Source: an uncultured Alphaproteobacteria bacterium
Lineage (GTDB): Bacteria > Pseudomonadota > Alphaproteobacteria > GCA-2731375
DNA: 64,000 bases
NCBI GenBank assembly: GCA_951812805.1
Contig: CATOSZ010000008.1
Coordinates: forward strand, 136,137 to 200,136
Direction of reading: 5' to 3'
A model generated the notes under the pieces. That model made no database searches, was not told the origin of the DNA, and saw nothing but the letters and a program-made list of their open reading frames with translations. Shown here piece after piece: positions 63,760 through 64,000 of the stretch (positions within the stretch are counted from its first letter, which is position 1; each line of letters starts with the position of its first letter). Position numbers and translations under genes: made by a program.

Positions 63760-64000
63760 TGTGAATCGGCATGCAAAACTGACCCACTTTGGTGGGTTAT
63801 GAGCGGTAAGAATTGACCCACCTGGAACGCTAGCATCCGCACGGAACAGTGCGGAGGAAAGAGCAGGTGGTATTGATGGAAAGCGTATTGAAGATCCGAC
63901 GTTGGATATTACGGGAGGGTCGGAGTATCCGATCTGTATCTCGTCAGACTGGTTTGTCGCGGAACACGATTAAGAAGTATCTGAAGGACGGCGATCCACC
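63760..64000 (+). mobile_element. istA: IS21-family insertion sequence copy 2 (left end plus 5' istA; runs off the window)
   Basis: 241 bp reading as the exact reverse complement of 39527-39767; istA ATG at 63876 ([10 protein letters not shown]...). Confidence 0.93.

Overview
High-GC alphaproteobacterial chromosome segment; gene order and sequences resemble Rhodospirillales-type genomes (inference). The core backbone is yidC(3')-yihA-argB, tRNA-Ala(GGC), a FYDLN-acid protein, aroA-cmk-rpsA-sppA-ihfB-lapA-pyrF-trpFBA-accD-folC, the convergent trxA-addA-addB-murU block, bamD-recN-ubiX and moaA. A cobalamin riboswitch precedes a ~15.6-kb B12 cluster: cobU-cobW-cobN-cobO-cobQ, inverted cbiB, cbiX, a DUF429-like/CobH fusion, cobL-cobI-cbiG/cobJ-cobM. 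An accessory block between argB and tRNA-Ala carries two Fe/2OG-type oxygenases around an omega-aminotransferase, a CHASE-PAS histidine kinase split by an IS481-family element, and a rhodanese. Insertion sequences are abundant. They include an IS481-like element, an IS1182 in the aroA promoter, two inverted IS21 copies (identical over the visible 241 bp) bracketing the 24-kb moaA-B12 region, an IS256-derived miniature element inside the first IS21, and a second IS21-family left end into whose istA start the last copy has inserted. The best novelty candidates are the nuclease-fold/CobH fusion in a mixed CobN+CbiX B12 pathway, the riboswitch with an expanded L5 loop, the IS21-bracketed B12 region, and the IS-coupled truncated kinase. 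All calls come from reading motifs by eye; no searches were run.
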